DNA from: a virus
Lineage: Duplodnaviria; Heunggongvirae; Uroviricota; Caudoviricetes
IMG/VR virus record: IMGVR_UViG_3300019755_000001
Length of the DNA stretch: 64,000 nucleotides
Direction: 5' to 3' (one strand)
Each line of letters begins with the position of its first letter. Within the stretch, counting starts at the first letter, position 1. The notes beneath the pieces are model-generated. The model saw only the letters and a list, made by a program, of their open reading frames with translations. It did no database searches and was not told the DNA's origin. The translations under genes and the position numbers were made by a program. This document shows positions 46,557-57,377 of the stretch, piece by piece.

Positions 46557-49210
46557 TTAATTTACTGCTCACTGAATTTATTCCAGGATACACCCAATCA
46601 ATTAACCAGTACATCAAGTCGGAGTTTGATCTTGAACCAACTGACTTGAACATCATCATGGTCGGCTCGTTACCACGTGATGACGGCAAGTACTTGATTG
46701 ACCATTTAGTCGGTACGGTTGTTACGGATTACTGGCAATTCAAATCAACTGACAACGTTCGACGAATTGACGACATGGCAACTGTATCTGATGTTGGTGA
46801 TATTGTAGCATCTCATTTCATCACACCAAAAGTTTGGTACACTGATGAAGTAGAAGTAGCCCAACGCTGGCTGGCTAAGTTACCAAGCACTTTTGCTTAC
46901 GATACAGAAACTCGTGGTCTAGCAATCAAGGACATTGGTGACATTACTATGCACTCATTTAGTATCCCCAAAGGGAACTCTATTGTGCTTATTGACTCTC
47001 CAGTTATTCGTGCGCTAATCTTTGATTTTCTTATAACTACTGAGCAATCTGTGGTTTGCCATAATCTTGCTTTCGATATGAGACCAATTTATCGAGCTAC
47101 TAGTAAGTTCATCAAGAACTACGAGGATACTCAACTAATTGCTCAAGCATATATGAACAACGCCAAGCAGCCTTTATTTAGCTTGAAAGCTTTAGCTGGC
47201 GGATTATTAGGTGATTGGGCTTCAGCAAAAACCTCTTTTGAACTTTATGAAGACTCTACTGACTATGACAATCCCAACCTAGTATATGTCGGCTCTAATC
47301 CTGATGTAACGAAGTACAACTTACCTCTTATTTACTACGCAGGGGTAGATACAACCGCTACAATCCATTTGTGGAACAAGTTTTCACGAATCGATCCTGA
47401 GTTTGAATCAGTGGATATTGGGGACTTATTACCAATTCCTGAACCAAGGTACCATGAGGAATCCCCACGTTTCTTCTATGAGAACGTACTGAAGCCTCTT
47501 ATCCGTACAAATATTGAACTATTGGAAACACCAATGCCTATTGATATGGGTATTGTTGAGGAGATTAAGCAGGAGGCATTGGATCAGAAGGAGCCCGCAT
47601 TTGATAAGCTGCAGAATTTCCCAGCTGTTATGGAGTATATGGCAACAGTCAAAGCACAACTAATTACCAAGTTAACTGAACCTTTACTGGAGCAGAAGCG
47701 TAACTGGCCTGTTCGTGTATATAAACACACACCAGCTGATCGTACGTTTGTGATGAACAAACTAACTGGCGAATCTCGTGATTCCTGGAAGATTGTTGAT
47801 ATTAAGCAGTACTTGAAGGAGGAAGAAGCACCTGACCCACTAGTTCAAGCAATTCTTGATAAGTCGGATAGCTTGCCTACTAACTCACGTATGCAAATTC
47901 TCATGAAGAGTCATCGTACCCTGAACCAAACCAAGTTGCAACATAAGCTTGATAATCCTGAGCAGTATCTTGACCCTAAGCAAACTGTAATTAATCCAAA
48001 TGCGTCACAGCAAATGCGTGGATTATGGAAGTCTTTGGGCCTTGAGTCTGATGTACTTACTCCGAAGAAGGAGGAATCTTTCAGTAAGGAAGTACTTGAG
48101 TCCATTGTGAAAACAACGTCTAACCAAACCGCGAAAGAGGTGATTCAGCAAGTCTTGGAAATTGCAGCTACTAAGAATTTACTTTCACAGTACATCCCTG
48201 CCTACGAACATAGCAGCAAAGATGGTTTTTGTTATCAATCAATGAAGTGTCCTGGTACCAAATCTTACCGTATTTCTGGAGCTGTTGGGAAGGTTGATAA
48301 ATCTGTTATTTCAGATGAACCTCTGTCTGGTTTTGGTGCGTCAATGGTAACACAACCAGGAATCACCAAGCGAGCAGTTGTTGCTCCTGACGGATTTATT
48401 ATTGCTACGTCGGATTATGCAGGTCTTGAGGGAGTAATTGGGGCGTGTATTACACATGACCCAAACAAAGTGGCTATCTTTAACGATGGTTTGGATCTTC
48501 ACTGTCTTAACGCAGCTTCTTTCTTCCAACCGGAAGTAGAGGAGTTACTTGGTCGTCCTGTGGAACAAACTCTGGAGTTCAACAAGTTCTTCAATGCGTT
48601 CAGGAAGGAACACAAGTCTGCCGACAAACTACGTTCAGCTGCTAAGTCTCCCAATTACCTTCTTGAGTATGGTGGGTATCCTCCCAAACTCTCGAAAGAT
48701 TTGGGTTGTAGTCTAGCTGTTGCACAGAGTATCTTTGATAAGTTCCATTATGAGACGTTTTTAGGTACTACCAATTACCGTGAGGATTATGTGTTACCTA
48801 CTGTTGTAAAACAAGGGTACTTACATCTTGGTCTGGGTGCGCGAATTTACTCTAGCAATCCCCAGAAGGATATACGTACTGTTACGAATGCAGGATATCA
48901 ATTCTGGTCTATATTAACTCTCATTGGACTGTACCTTATCAAGGAACGAATTAAGTCGGCTGGGTATGAGCATGATATTTTTATCTACTCAACTATACAC
49001 GATTCTATTACAGCATATGTACGACAGGACCCAGCTATTATTAAGTGGTATAATGACAACCTTATTGAGTGTATGGTACCGGATTTTCTTATTGACCAGG
49101 AAGTAACTCTTGAGTCTAATGTGGATATTGGCCCATCGTATGATAAATGTGTGGAACTACCAAACGAATGTTCTATTGAACATATTAATCAAGTCTTAGC
49201 TACTTTTTAG
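46553..49210 (+). CDS. DNA polymerase I family (family A) with 3'-5' exonuclease domain
   Basis: 885 aa. Exo I motif FAYDTETRGL. Pol motif B RSAAKSPNYLLEYGG (R..AK..N....YG). Motif C region YSTIHDSI. Confidence 0.85.
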   Translation: MINLLLTEFIPGYTQSINQYIKSEFDLEPTDLNIIMVGSLPRDDGKYLIDHLVGTVVTDYWQFKSTDNVRRIDDMATVSDVGDIVASHFITPKVWYTDEVEVAQRWLAKLPSTFAYDTETRGLAIKDIGDITMHSFSIPKGNSIVLIDSPVIRALIFDFLITTEQSVVCHNLAFDMRPIYRATSKFIKNYEDTQLIAQAYMNNAKQPLFSLKALAGGLLGDWASAKTSFELYEDSTDYDNPNLVYVGSNPDVTKYNLPLIYYAGVDTTATIHLWNKFSRIDPEFESVDIGDLLPIPEPRYHEESPRFFYENVLKPLIRTNIELLETPMPIDMGIVEEIKQEALDQKEPAFDKLQNFPAVMEYMATVKAQLITKLTEPLLEQKRNWPVRVYKHTPADRTFVMNKLTGESRDSWKIVDIKQYLKEEEAPDPLVQAILDKSDSLPTNSRMQILMKSHRTLNQTKLQHKLDNPEQYLDPKQTVINPNASQQMRGLWKSLGLESDVLTPKKEESFSKEVLESIVKTTSNQTAKEVIQQVLEIAATKNLLSQYIPAYEHSSKDGFCYQSMKCPGTKSYRISGAVGKVDKSVISDEPLSGFGASMVTQPGITKRAVVAPDGFIIATSDYAGLEGVIGACITHDPNKVAIFNDGLDLHCLNAASFFQPEVEELLGRPVEQTLEFNKFFNAFRKEHKSADKLRSAAKSPNYLLEYGGYPPKLSKDLGCSLAVAQSIFDKFHYETFLGTTNYREDYVLPTVVKQGYLHLGLGARIYSSNPQKDIRTVTNAGYQFWSILTLIGLYLIKERIKSAGYEHDIFIYSTIHDSITAYVRQDPAIIKWYNDNLIECMVPDFLIDQEVTLESNVDIGPSYDKCVELPNECSIEHINQVLATF

Positions 49211-49319
49211 CTGAGCAACAACGCCTCGATTGAGGCAATTACCAGCACAAACTAGCTGAACTTAGATAGACACAGCCATTTTCGGATGGTTGCAGTGTAT
49301 TTATTACAAAGGATAACAC

Positions 49320-49577
49320 ATGCACGTTAACGATATTACGCCCTCACTAGGCAGAGTTTATTGCGACTTTAATTTACCAATTACAGGTACTGGAATGTTT
49401 CGTACTCTTGATGGAGAAATAGTTAAACTGTCAACTTCTGTCACATGGTACGCATTTTGTCCTACTTATCATCTGGATTATAACGAACATACGATTTCAG
49501 TCACAAACAAAGATAGCATACCAGAAGCAGAGTTAGCTTTGTGTATGTTAATTAACCAATCAAAGGATAACAAATGA
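49320..49577 (+). CDS. hypothetical protein
   Basis: 85 aa; AAAGGA RBS. Confidence 0.4.
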   Translation: MHVNDITPSLGRVYCDFNLPITGTGMFRTLDGEIVKLSTSVTWYAFCPTYHLDYNEHTISVTNKDSIPEAELALCMLINQSKDNK

Positions 49578-49903
49578 CTTACGATTACGAACTACGACTC
49601 AAGCCTTGGCGTGAACTCACGTTACTGGCAGACTTTATCGACGCTGATGGAATTCATTATAACAATGCAGTTCTTTCTTCTGCGCAATATCACCACATAG
49701 TTAAACATCCTTATTATGCACTTGATACAGGATTCATGGGAGTGTTAGTATATTTTGATTCAGAAGGACAGCAAATGACAGCTGATTTACCTACGAATGG
49801 AGGTTGTTTTGATTACTATCGTACAACCAAATCAGCTGTTTGTCAATCAACTTTTAACAAACCTACACCAAACCCAGGCGATTCGTCTGAAGAACATTAT
49901 TAG
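49574..49903 (+). CDS. hypothetical protein
   Basis: 109 aa. Confidence 0.45.
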   Translation: MTYDYELRLKPWRELTLLADFIDADGIHYNNAVLSSAQYHHIVKHPYYALDTGFMGVLVYFDSEGQQMTADLPTNGGCFDYYRTTKSAVCQSTFNKPTPNPGDSSEEHY

Positions 49904-49911
49904 GAACATAC

Positions 49912-50628
49912 ATGAACGAAACAATTAACACACTATTAGTACAATCAACTGAGGAGTACATGCAGAGCGACAAGCTTAAGCAGTACATTAACGAACAAGC
50001 CGAATCTTGCGTGAACGAAGCTGTCAAGGAAGCCTTCAGATGGAATGGTAACTTAAAGACACAGATTGAGGATGTTGTAAAGAACCAATTGTCTTTCAAC
50101 ACATCTGACCTTGGAATGGAAGGGACTAACAAGTTCTTAACTGAAATCTTAACTAACAAACTGAAGCAAGTTGTTAGAGTTGAGTCAAAGCAGCAAATTG
50201 AGGACAGTATTAACCAAATCTTATCACCTATCGACAAAGTGGTATCATTGAATGCACTGCAAGGTAAATTACTGGAAGCAGCGGACACATCTGACCATTG
50301 TGGTTGTGGTGATTCACCTGACCTTGACTATTACAGGGAGTACATAGGACTTGACGAAGTGTTTACTTTCATTGTTGAGCCGAATGACAACCCAAGCTAC
50401 GAATGGGTTGATGTGTACTTCGACAAAGATACTTACAAATCAACTTACGAATGTAAATACAGTTTAACTGTGCACAAATCTGGTAGAACAACTTACAAAG
50501 TCGACCAACAGGACTGTAAAGCGATGGACATGATGTCCGACCCATATAAGTGGGATATCGAGGACTTAGTTTATTCTATGTTCTTAAACAACTGTACTCT
50601 GGATTATGAGGAACTTTTACACTACTAG
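49912..50628 (+). CDS. hypothetical protein
   Basis: 238 aa. Confidence 0.5.
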   Translation: MNETINTLLVQSTEEYMQSDKLKQYINEQAESCVNEAVKEAFRWNGNLKTQIEDVVKNQLSFNTSDLGMEGTNKFLTEILTNKLKQVVRVESKQQIEDSINQILSPIDKVVSLNALQGKLLEAADTSDHCGCGDSPDLDYYREYIGLDEVFTFIVEPNDNPSYEWVDVYFDKDTYKSTYECKYSLTVHKSGRTTYKVDQQDCKAMDMMSDPYKWDIEDLVYSMFLNNCTLDYEELLHY

Positions 50629-50638
50629 GAGCATACAA

Positions 50639-51079
50639 ATGGAAATAGAACCAATTTACCCACTAACACAAGCACAATACGACGAGTTACGTGCTGTCCA
50701 AACTGAACCGGACGCAATCTTACGCGAGACTAACGAGCAACTGACGAAGAAGCTGGAGGAAGCCGAACGTAAGCTGAGGGAAGGCAGTTTCGAACATGCC
50801 AGACTTGATTCACCAATCATGGTCAACGACGAGGTATTAGCACCTAGGTCTATCACTGACTTTGTTACTATGTTTAACTCATTAGTTCATTACCACCGAC
50901 CAGCAACTATCAAAGACGCTGACCGAGTAGTTTATGAGTATACGGAACAACTTGCGAGCACATTTTTGTATGATAACTTCTTTAAGTCACAAGCCGAACT
51001 CAAACGATACCGAACTGGCATTGTCAAGAAAGGACTGTATTCAATGAAAGCTAAGCAGATGGTGAAATCAGATGATTAG
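50639..51079 (+). CDS. hypothetical protein
   Basis: Start moved to Met12 after an AGGAG RBS; 146 aa. Confidence 0.45.
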   Translation: MEIEPIYPLTQAQYDELRAVQTEPDAILRETNEQLTKKLEEAERKLREGSFEHARLDSPIMVNDEVLAPRSITDFVTMFNSLVHYHRPATIKDADRVVYEYTEQLASTFLYDNFFKSQAELKRYRTGIVKKGLYSMKAKQMVKSDD

Positions 51080-51467
51080 TAAAGAGCTATTGAGTGAGGT
51101 TTTAGGAAGTCCTATTACAATACTATGTTTTGATGAAGTTAAATGTGAGATAAGAAATAGTATTACTTTTGAAAATTATCAACTTGGAGTATCATATAGT
51201 TATTTGTACGGCAATAAAGAGACTAGATTTATGCCTATACATGAATTAGCCCATACGTGTAAGGTATGGGCATTGGATAATGACGCCTTCATTAACTCTA
51301 ACTTGTTAATCGACCGTGTTTCTGGGGCTTGTGCAAGTTACTCAGTTTACTCTAATGAGGAAAATTGCGTGTCTTGTGGTGAGCCAGAAGTAGCGAAGAA
51401 CTTCTTTGCAGATTCAGAACCAGAAGCAGTATTCGCAGCATGTGAGTGGATTAGGAAACAATTATGA
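51072..51467 (+). CDS. hypothetical protein
   Basis: 131 aa. Confidence 0.45.
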   Translation: MISKELLSEVLGSPITILCFDEVKCEIRNSITFENYQLGVSYSYLYGNKETRFMPIHELAHTCKVWALDNDAFINSNLLIDRVSGACASYSVYSNEENCVSCGEPEVAKNFFADSEPEAVFAACEWIRKQL

Positions 51468-51608
51468 TCACAGCATTCACAATCTGGTGCGAATCTCAAG
51501 CCAAACCTACTTTTGAATGGACAGGTATTTACATTGGCACAGTTATTGTTGACGTTACTGGAATTGTAGTAACTTATGACATTATCAAATTAATTATAGG
51601 AGCATAAT

Positions 51609-52199
51609 ATGGGAGCAGAATTTTTATCAAATCATTACAAGTACTGCACAAAGCAGGAACTCGAGGAGCAAGTTACTCGTGACACTGAACAAATGGCTAA
51701 TGAGTATGGTTGTGAGTACTCTGGTACATGGGCGTCAAAAGATCAAGGAATTATCTACTTAGATCAAGTATTTACTTCCCTGGATGAAGCAAATGATCAA
51801 ATTTATTGTCACAATGACAAATGGGGTCCTCTTTGGGCCTGTAAGGTTGTCATATCGGAACCAAGTACAGGTGAATCAAATAAACTCAAGGCAGCTGAAT
51901 CACAGTTCTTTGAAGCTAGAGACAGCATACCAAAGCTTGAGCAATCAATTATCAATTCTATGCGTAACGTTAAAGCAACACGTAGAACTTGTAAGAGTTG
52001 TACATCAGCAATTGCAACTAACTTCATCAACTCATTGAACTGTCCGGTTTGTGGTAACAAGCTATGTTCACCAACTGATCATACTCGACTGAAGTCAGCA
52101 CACAAGAAGCTCGAAAGAGCAACCACTAATCTACAACACATCCGATCCACTAGCAAAGCAGAAATGTATTGGGTAGTAGGCGGTAATTGTAGCTCATAG
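51609..52199 (+). CDS. hypothetical Cys-rich protein
   Basis: 196 aa; AGGAG RBS. Confidence 0.5.
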   Translation: MGAEFLSNHYKYCTKQELEEQVTRDTEQMANEYGCEYSGTWASKDQGIIYLDQVFTSLDEANDQIYCHNDKWGPLWACKVVISEPSTGESNKLKAAESQFFEARDSIPKLEQSIINSMRNVKATRRTCKSCTSAIATNFINSLNCPVCGNKLCSPTDHTRLKSAHKKLERATTNLQHIRSTSKAEMYWVVGGNCSS

Positions 52200-52210
52200 A
52201 AAGGATATAC

Positions 52211-52828
52211 ATGAGCAATATTGAATCAAAAATAGCAACCGACCTTCAGCACCTTGTTAACCAGTACGAAGCCGAACTAGGTTTTTTACAGAACCGTAAC
52301 ATGCGTCAATTTGACACATCTGGTCTACCATCAATCATGCAGGACATGATCAAGTTAGCTACTAGCAAATCACCATCATTCTCGAACGTGTCTGCACTGA
52401 GTGTAGCCAATTTCGTTCTTAGCCATTTATTTGGACAGTGTCGACCAGTAATCAACGACCCAATTTATTCGGACGATGTTATTGGTATCAACACATATGG
52501 AATGGTAATCAGTAAGTCTGGTTCTGGTAAGGACTCAACTTACCAAGCTTTATCGAAGGCAACTGCATCAGCACTTGAGCTAATCAACTCTATGCAACGT
52601 GACGAAGCCGAGGAGAAAGCCAAACTATCTTACTGCAAAGCGATGAAGGCAGCTAACCCTGAGTTTGACGAGAGCACAGTGACTATCGAGGACTTCAAGG
52701 ACGAAGTACCGAAGTTGGAGATGGCTATTACCAGTCTTGCCTCAACTCGTGGCGGACTTACTTCATCGATGAACCGAATGGCGAAGTCTCAATTTGGTAC
52801 TAAGTCAATCTTCAGCTCGGAATTGGGT
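52211..52828 (+). CDS. exon 1 candidate of an intron-split P-loop protein (or stand-alone 206-aa ORF)
   Basis: GMVISKSGSGKDST is Walker-A-like, similar to T7 gp4 SGSGMGKST. The last sense codon GGT ends in U at 52828, immediately before the in-frame TAA. Confidence 0.45.
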
Positions 52829-54026
52829 TAACTAACCAGCCCCTCGTACTCGTGAGAGTATGTAGCAAAATTCTTTAATTGTCTGGAACGTCTTGTTAGG
52901 CGTACACTAGGATATTACCACGAAAGTAGGTAACGAACCCTGAAAATGTGTACGATAGAGAAAATCAGCAGCGAAGCATCGTAGTATTAATTTACCGATG
53001 AACGTTCAACGAACATCCCGTCAGGGAGTAGAACCTCTAGTTATAAAATGAGGAAGAAATAGGAATAAACTAACTTATTTAAGTTACAAATAAATATTTT
53101 CTGCTATAATGTTATTAAACATAATAGGAGAACATAATGGAAGAAATACATAAAGATATCAAAGGCTTTGAGGAATTATACTCAATTACCAGTAAAGGTA
53201 GAGTTTACTCTAAACGTAGTAAGATCTATTTAACACTGGCAAAGTCTATCCAACCGCAAACAACCTATCTTAGGGTGACATTACAAGACAATGGCAGAAT
53301 CGAGAGATTCTTAGTCCACCGACTTGTAGCATCACACTTCATAGACAACCCAACTAACAAACCGTGCGTAAACCATATTGACAATAACGGGTCTAACAAC
53401 TCAGTTAACAATATCGAGTGGTGTACCTATTCAGAGAACCTCGTACATGCTCAATTACAGGGTAGGCTATTTGAGTCTCAGTCTAAAGGCGGACAAGCAG
53501 CAAATGCTAAAGTTCAAGCAGAAATCGCTGAACAAGTAGCAGAGTTAACTGGTCGTACATTTGGTTTATGGGAAGTCACAGGATTTCACGGACGTGAAGA
53601 GATTGGGACGCAAGGAATGTTCAGATTTAATATGAATGTAACTTGTACAGGGTGTGGAACGGATTCAGTAGTTGATAAAAATCAATTAATCTCTGGTAAA
53701 TCTGAAGGTTGTTTAAGTTGTAGGACTAAACAAGCTGGAAGAGAACGTTCAGTTAGGACATTGGAGAAACTCAAAGGCACATATAAGGATCACTGGCATA
53801 TACTGGATTACTACTTCGACGATGAAGTACAAGTCTTAACTTGTCAATGTACTTTATGTGGTGATACTACTGATAAAAAGAAATCTAGTCTTATAGGACG
53901 GCCTATGAGAAAATGTAAAATTTGTAAAAATAAATAATTTAGTTTAAGATATGTTCTAATCTTACAGGAGACTGTAAGCGAGTTAAAAGCTCGGAGTAAG
54001 TGTAACGCCTTACTTGAATATAAATG
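52829..54026 (+). mobile_element. candidate group I intron (~1.2 kb) carrying an HNH homing endonuclease ORF
   Basis: Core-like elements: P AATTGTCTGGAACG (52877-52890); Q AATCAGCAGCG (52963-52973); R GTTCAACGAACA (53004-53015); S AAGATATGTTCT (53946-53957). R GAACA pairs with S TGTTC. A GCCCC guide at 52841 can pair with the exon-1 end GGGU. Terminal G at 54026 leaves exon 2 in frame. Confidence 0.45.
53137..53937 (+). CDS. HNH homing endonuclease (NUMOD4 + HNH_3 type, I-HmuI-like)
   Basis: 266 aa; AGGAG RBS. NUMOD4-like GFEELYSITSKGRVYS. HNH_3 motif FLVHRLVASHFIDNPTNKPCVNHIDNNGSNNSVNNIEWCTYSEN. C-terminal Zn-ribbon Cys pairs. Confidence 0.8.
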   Translation: MEEIHKDIKGFEELYSITSKGRVYSKRSKIYLTLAKSIQPQTTYLRVTLQDNGRIERFLVHRLVASHFIDNPTNKPCVNHIDNNGSNNSVNNIEWCTYSENLVHAQLQGRLFESQSKGGQAANAKVQAEIAEQVAELTGRTFGLWEVTGFHGREEIGTQGMFRFNMNVTCTGCGTDSVVDKNQLISGKSEGCLSCRTKQAGRERSVRTLEKLKGTYKDHWHILDYYFDDEVQVLTCQCTLCGDTTDKKKSSLIGRPMRKCKICKNK

Positions 54027-55694
54027 ATGGCAATCCAGTCTAACTCCACTATCATGGAAGTTCTTGAGCTTTTCTCAGTTCTTTTCGATATGGGGCAGTC
54101 TGTTGCACCGGAGTTCAAGGGCCTGGAGTCGAAGGAAGAAGCAGTTGATAACGCTTATACTAATTTACTTGGTATTAGTTCACCAACTCCATTCTACCAA
54201 GCAGATGGTAACGTTCGTAAGTTGCTGGTACCAATGTTAACTACTTCATTAGCTCGTAGAATTACTGTTGTTTTCTCTAATGCTAAAGAAGAGTTTGAGA
54301 ACAAGGTAATCCCAGGAACTCCTGCAGAGAACCGTACTCGACAAGCCGAAGCTAGGCAGAATGTTAGGGAACTTACTCTATCAATCGACGAACTTATGTT
54401 AACTGCTATCAAGTCAATTATGGACGACGGACAAATCATGTTCGACGAGGATGCAGCAATTGTATACGACGACTACAAGTCATATACCAACACACTGAGC
54501 GAATTACTTCTGTTGAAGGATGGTGAATCTGTGGAAGGTATCGAGATGGCAGGTAGAGCGTTCAAGATGGGCAGGATCGCAGCAACTTGGGCAATGGCAC
54601 AGAACAAACGAACTATTGACAAGCAAACACTAATCGCAGCAATTTACTTCTGTGACTACACTGCGGAGCATCTTAAACGTTTTGCAGCAACTCTGGAACT
54701 CAAAGACTATGAGCTGTTCATCAACGATTGGGAGCAAGGTTTTTTCGACAATATTTTACCAATTGACGAAGCAATCACTCGTGGATACATAACTACTCGG
54801 CAAGTGAACAAGGCAGCCCTTGAGGGATTTCTTAAGCCTGTTAACTCACGTTTAGCTGGTACAGCAACTGTTTCATACAACGACAAGGACAACGCATTTG
54901 TGTTTATTCCAGTTGTTACTAATACGGTATCCGGTGATTATTCATTCAGAGCAATCTCAACTTTCTCTGACGAACGACCAATCCATGCGATTCACGAAAA
55001 TCGTCCAGCCGAGTCTCTTGGCAAGTTGACTAGCAAGTTATCATCATTCAATCCATTTGTTGATGATACTACCAAATTCATCTGCCTGTCTGTTACTGAT
55101 TCATTTCTGTCTATGCAGCAAGTGAACACATACTTAGCCGATACACAGCACTTTATCAGCACAGTAGAACCGAATAACAACCACTCATTCAACTTGGTTA
55201 TTCCGTTGAACACGGTTATTAGCAAGTCTGAGTACAAGTTTGTTTGTTTATCAGTTGCCGAGCAGATGATGTTGAAAGCCTTACCAGAATTACACGAAGC
55301 GGAGTCTATTTACCACGGGGTGAACGATTCTGTTCAACTTACTCATCAACCTGATGCGAAGTTGTTTGATGTGTCTGGTATTGTCGGTAATTACGCAAGT
55401 GGGTCTGATGTACCATTGCTAACTGTTAAGTCGAAGACGAAGCCAGCAAAGAACATTGTTGATAAGTATTTAAAAGATGACATCCTAGCCCATCGAGGCG
55501 ATATTGTCGACATGCTTGATGCATCTGACAATCCACTATTACTGATGGCAGGATTGTATTACGATATGGCTTGTCATTATGTGCCAACTGAACGTGCTAC
55601 TGACGTTGTCAACAACATTAACTCAAGCCTTATTGAGTCAATCCCATCAGCGGTGATTACTGAATTTGTAATCGAACCATTTCAATCTATTTAG
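54027..55694 (+). CDS. exon 2 candidate (556 codons) of the intron-split protein; function unknown
   Basis: The ORF opens exactly after an in-frame TAA at 54021-54023 and has no RBS. This is consistent with expression only after splicing to 52828. Confidence 0.45.
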   Translation: MAIQSNSTIMEVLELFSVLFDMGQSVAPEFKGLESKEEAVDNAYTNLLGISSPTPFYQADGNVRKLLVPMLTTSLARRITVVFSNAKEEFENKVIPGTPAENRTRQAEARQNVRELTLSIDELMLTAIKSIMDDGQIMFDEDAAIVYDDYKSYTNTLSELLLLKDGESVEGIEMAGRAFKMGRIAATWAMAQNKRTIDKQTLIAAIYFCDYTAEHLKRFAATLELKDYELFINDWEQGFFDNILPIDEAITRGYITTRQVNKAALEGFLKPVNSRLAGTATVSYNDKDNAFVFIPVVTNTVSGDYSFRAISTFSDERPIHAIHENRPAESLGKLTSKLSSFNPFVDDTTKFICLSVTDSFLSMQQVNTYLADTQHFISTVEPNNNHSFNLVIPLNTVISKSEYKFVCLSVAEQMMLKALPELHEAESIYHGVNDSVQLTHQPDAKLFDVSGIVGNYASGSDVPLLTVKSKTKPAKNIVDKYLKDDILAHRGDIVDMLDASDNPLLLMAGLYYDMACHYVPTERATDVVNNINSSLIESIPSAVITEFVIEPFQSI

Positions 55695-55695
55695 C

Positions 55696-56481
55696 ATGAT
55701 CCGTCTATCAATCCGTCACGTCCCTGGGTTTACCAAGGAGGATAGGGAATACCAAACGCATTTCAACCGGTATGTAGAACGTCACTTCAGTGATTTACCC
55801 AAGCTCTTGCGGAACGATTATATCTACTCACCGTTTTCATTCCTCGGATACAAGCGTGGTACGGAGAACATTTGTAGTACTACCAACTTTGTAGTGCTGG
55901 ATGTGGACACAACCACAGTATCGATTACGGAACGGCATGCTGAGCTACTGGCCGAGGAACTAACCCACATCGTGGCAACTACTTCTGACCCAACCAACAT
56001 GCACAAGTACCGTATCTTATTCCCACTGGATAAGCAAGTTACCGACCTGGAGTATCGACGAGTTGTTCGTGGAATCGCGTCTAACGGACTGGTCACGGAC
56101 ATGGACGTTGGTGCATCTGTCAAGGCAGGTGGCTTTATGTTCAGCTACTCAGGCTCGACTGTTCTTACTCATTTTACTGGCAATTCATTGTCTGTTGATG
56201 ACTATATGGTCGAGGACGAGCAAGTTGACTATTCCAGTATGAACCCCCAGGAACTACTGGACAACTTCGAAGCCGAGTTCAGCTCATACCGCAACGCATT
56301 GCCTGGCAAACGTACCAAGTCCTTATTCAGTGTAGCCTTCAAGTTACGTGAATCTGGTTGTACGTTCGAGCAAATCGCAACTGGTGTGCATGCAGTCAAT
56401 CGCATGTTTCTTACCCCTAAATCTGAGTATGACGTAAATCGCCGAGTTCTCAGCAAATTCAAACACAAAGGACAAACATGA
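55696..56481 (+). CDS. archaeo-eukaryotic-type primase (prim-pol) with PriCT-like C-terminal domain
   Basis: 261 aa. NFVVLDVDTTT (DxD) and YRILFPL resemble AEP catalytic motifs. The C-terminal GKRTKSLFSVAFKLRESGCTFEQIATGVHAVNRMF resembles PriCT_1. Confidence 0.45.
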   Translation: MIRLSIRHVPGFTKEDREYQTHFNRYVERHFSDLPKLLRNDYIYSPFSFLGYKRGTENICSTTNFVVLDVDTTTVSITERHAELLAEELTHIVATTSDPTNMHKYRILFPLDKQVTDLEYRRVVRGIASNGLVTDMDVGASVKAGGFMFSYSGSTVLTHFTGNSLSVDDYMVEDEQVDYSSMNPQELLDNFEAEFSSYRNALPGKRTKSLFSVAFKLRESGCTFEQIATGVHAVNRMFLTPKSEYDVNRRVLSKFKHKGQT

Positions 56482-57377
56482 ATCTAAGTGAATTAACAAT
56501 CACACAAGCCAAGCAGTATACTAGTCACTTCCCCCTTTTATTAGTCGGGTCGAATTCTAGTGGAAAATCATTCGCAGTTGAGTCTATGGACCCAGCCGAC
56601 AAGGCTAGGACTGTAGTACTGAACTGGGATCTTAAGCCAATCGGAGACGGTTCGGAGACTGAGTTCCACAGCCTGTATCAAGCAGCATCAACTTCTGAGA
56701 ACCTTGACAAGCAAATTACTCTACTTACTGCCAAAGGTAAGGAACTAGCAGCAGAGGATGCTAAACACCCAGCTCTACCAAGATTGAGAGCACAAGTGAA
56801 GGAACTGAAGAAGCTGAAGGCACAATCATTCTTCATCGACGATATCGAAGCAATCGACAAGGTTGTTGCTGTTATCCTGGAACTGACTTTCAACAACGAT
56901 GTTGACAGACTAGTGACAGACACATTAACTGCAATGACGGACTTCTGTGAAGCATGGGCTAACCATAACTTCGACGGAAGGGAAGTATGGGCTAACTACG
57001 GTGTTGCTCATCAGAGGATTTTACAAGCAATCAAGGAAGCAACTATCTTTGGTTACAAGTACACATACGTTATGGCGCACCATGACTTCATCCCAGCTGC
57101 ACAGTACGCAACTACACCTAAGCAAGTTATCGCTGTTAAGGGTGGTATTATGAAAAACAACGTGGAAACACACTACAACACAATCGTATTTGCACACGTT
57201 ACTGAGGATGCAAGCAGAGTATTCGAGTGTGACAACGACAGCTCACTGGACACATCGAGAACGAAGGTAGTTGACGGTAAATTTAGCTTTGCCAGAACTT
57301 CACTTGACGACTTGGAACAGATATTTGCCGGTCTGAAGGTAGTTGTCGATGGCGAACTGGTACCAAAGGAGTCGTAA
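56478..57377 (+). CDS. P-loop ATPase (replication-associated)
   Basis: 299 aa. Walker A LLVGSNSSGKS. Walker B-like FFIDDIEAID. Confidence 0.45.
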   Translation: MNLSELTITQAKQYTSHFPLLLVGSNSSGKSFAVESMDPADKARTVVLNWDLKPIGDGSETEFHSLYQAASTSENLDKQITLLTAKGKELAAEDAKHPALPRLRAQVKELKKLKAQSFFIDDIEAIDKVVAVILELTFNNDVDRLVTDTLTAMTDFCEAWANHNFDGREVWANYGVAHQRILQAIKEATIFGYKYTYVMAHHDFIPAAQYATTPKQVIAVKGGIMKNNVETHYNTIVFAHVTEDASRVFECDNDSSLDTSRTKVVDGKFSFARTSLDDLEQIFAGLKVVVDGELVPKES

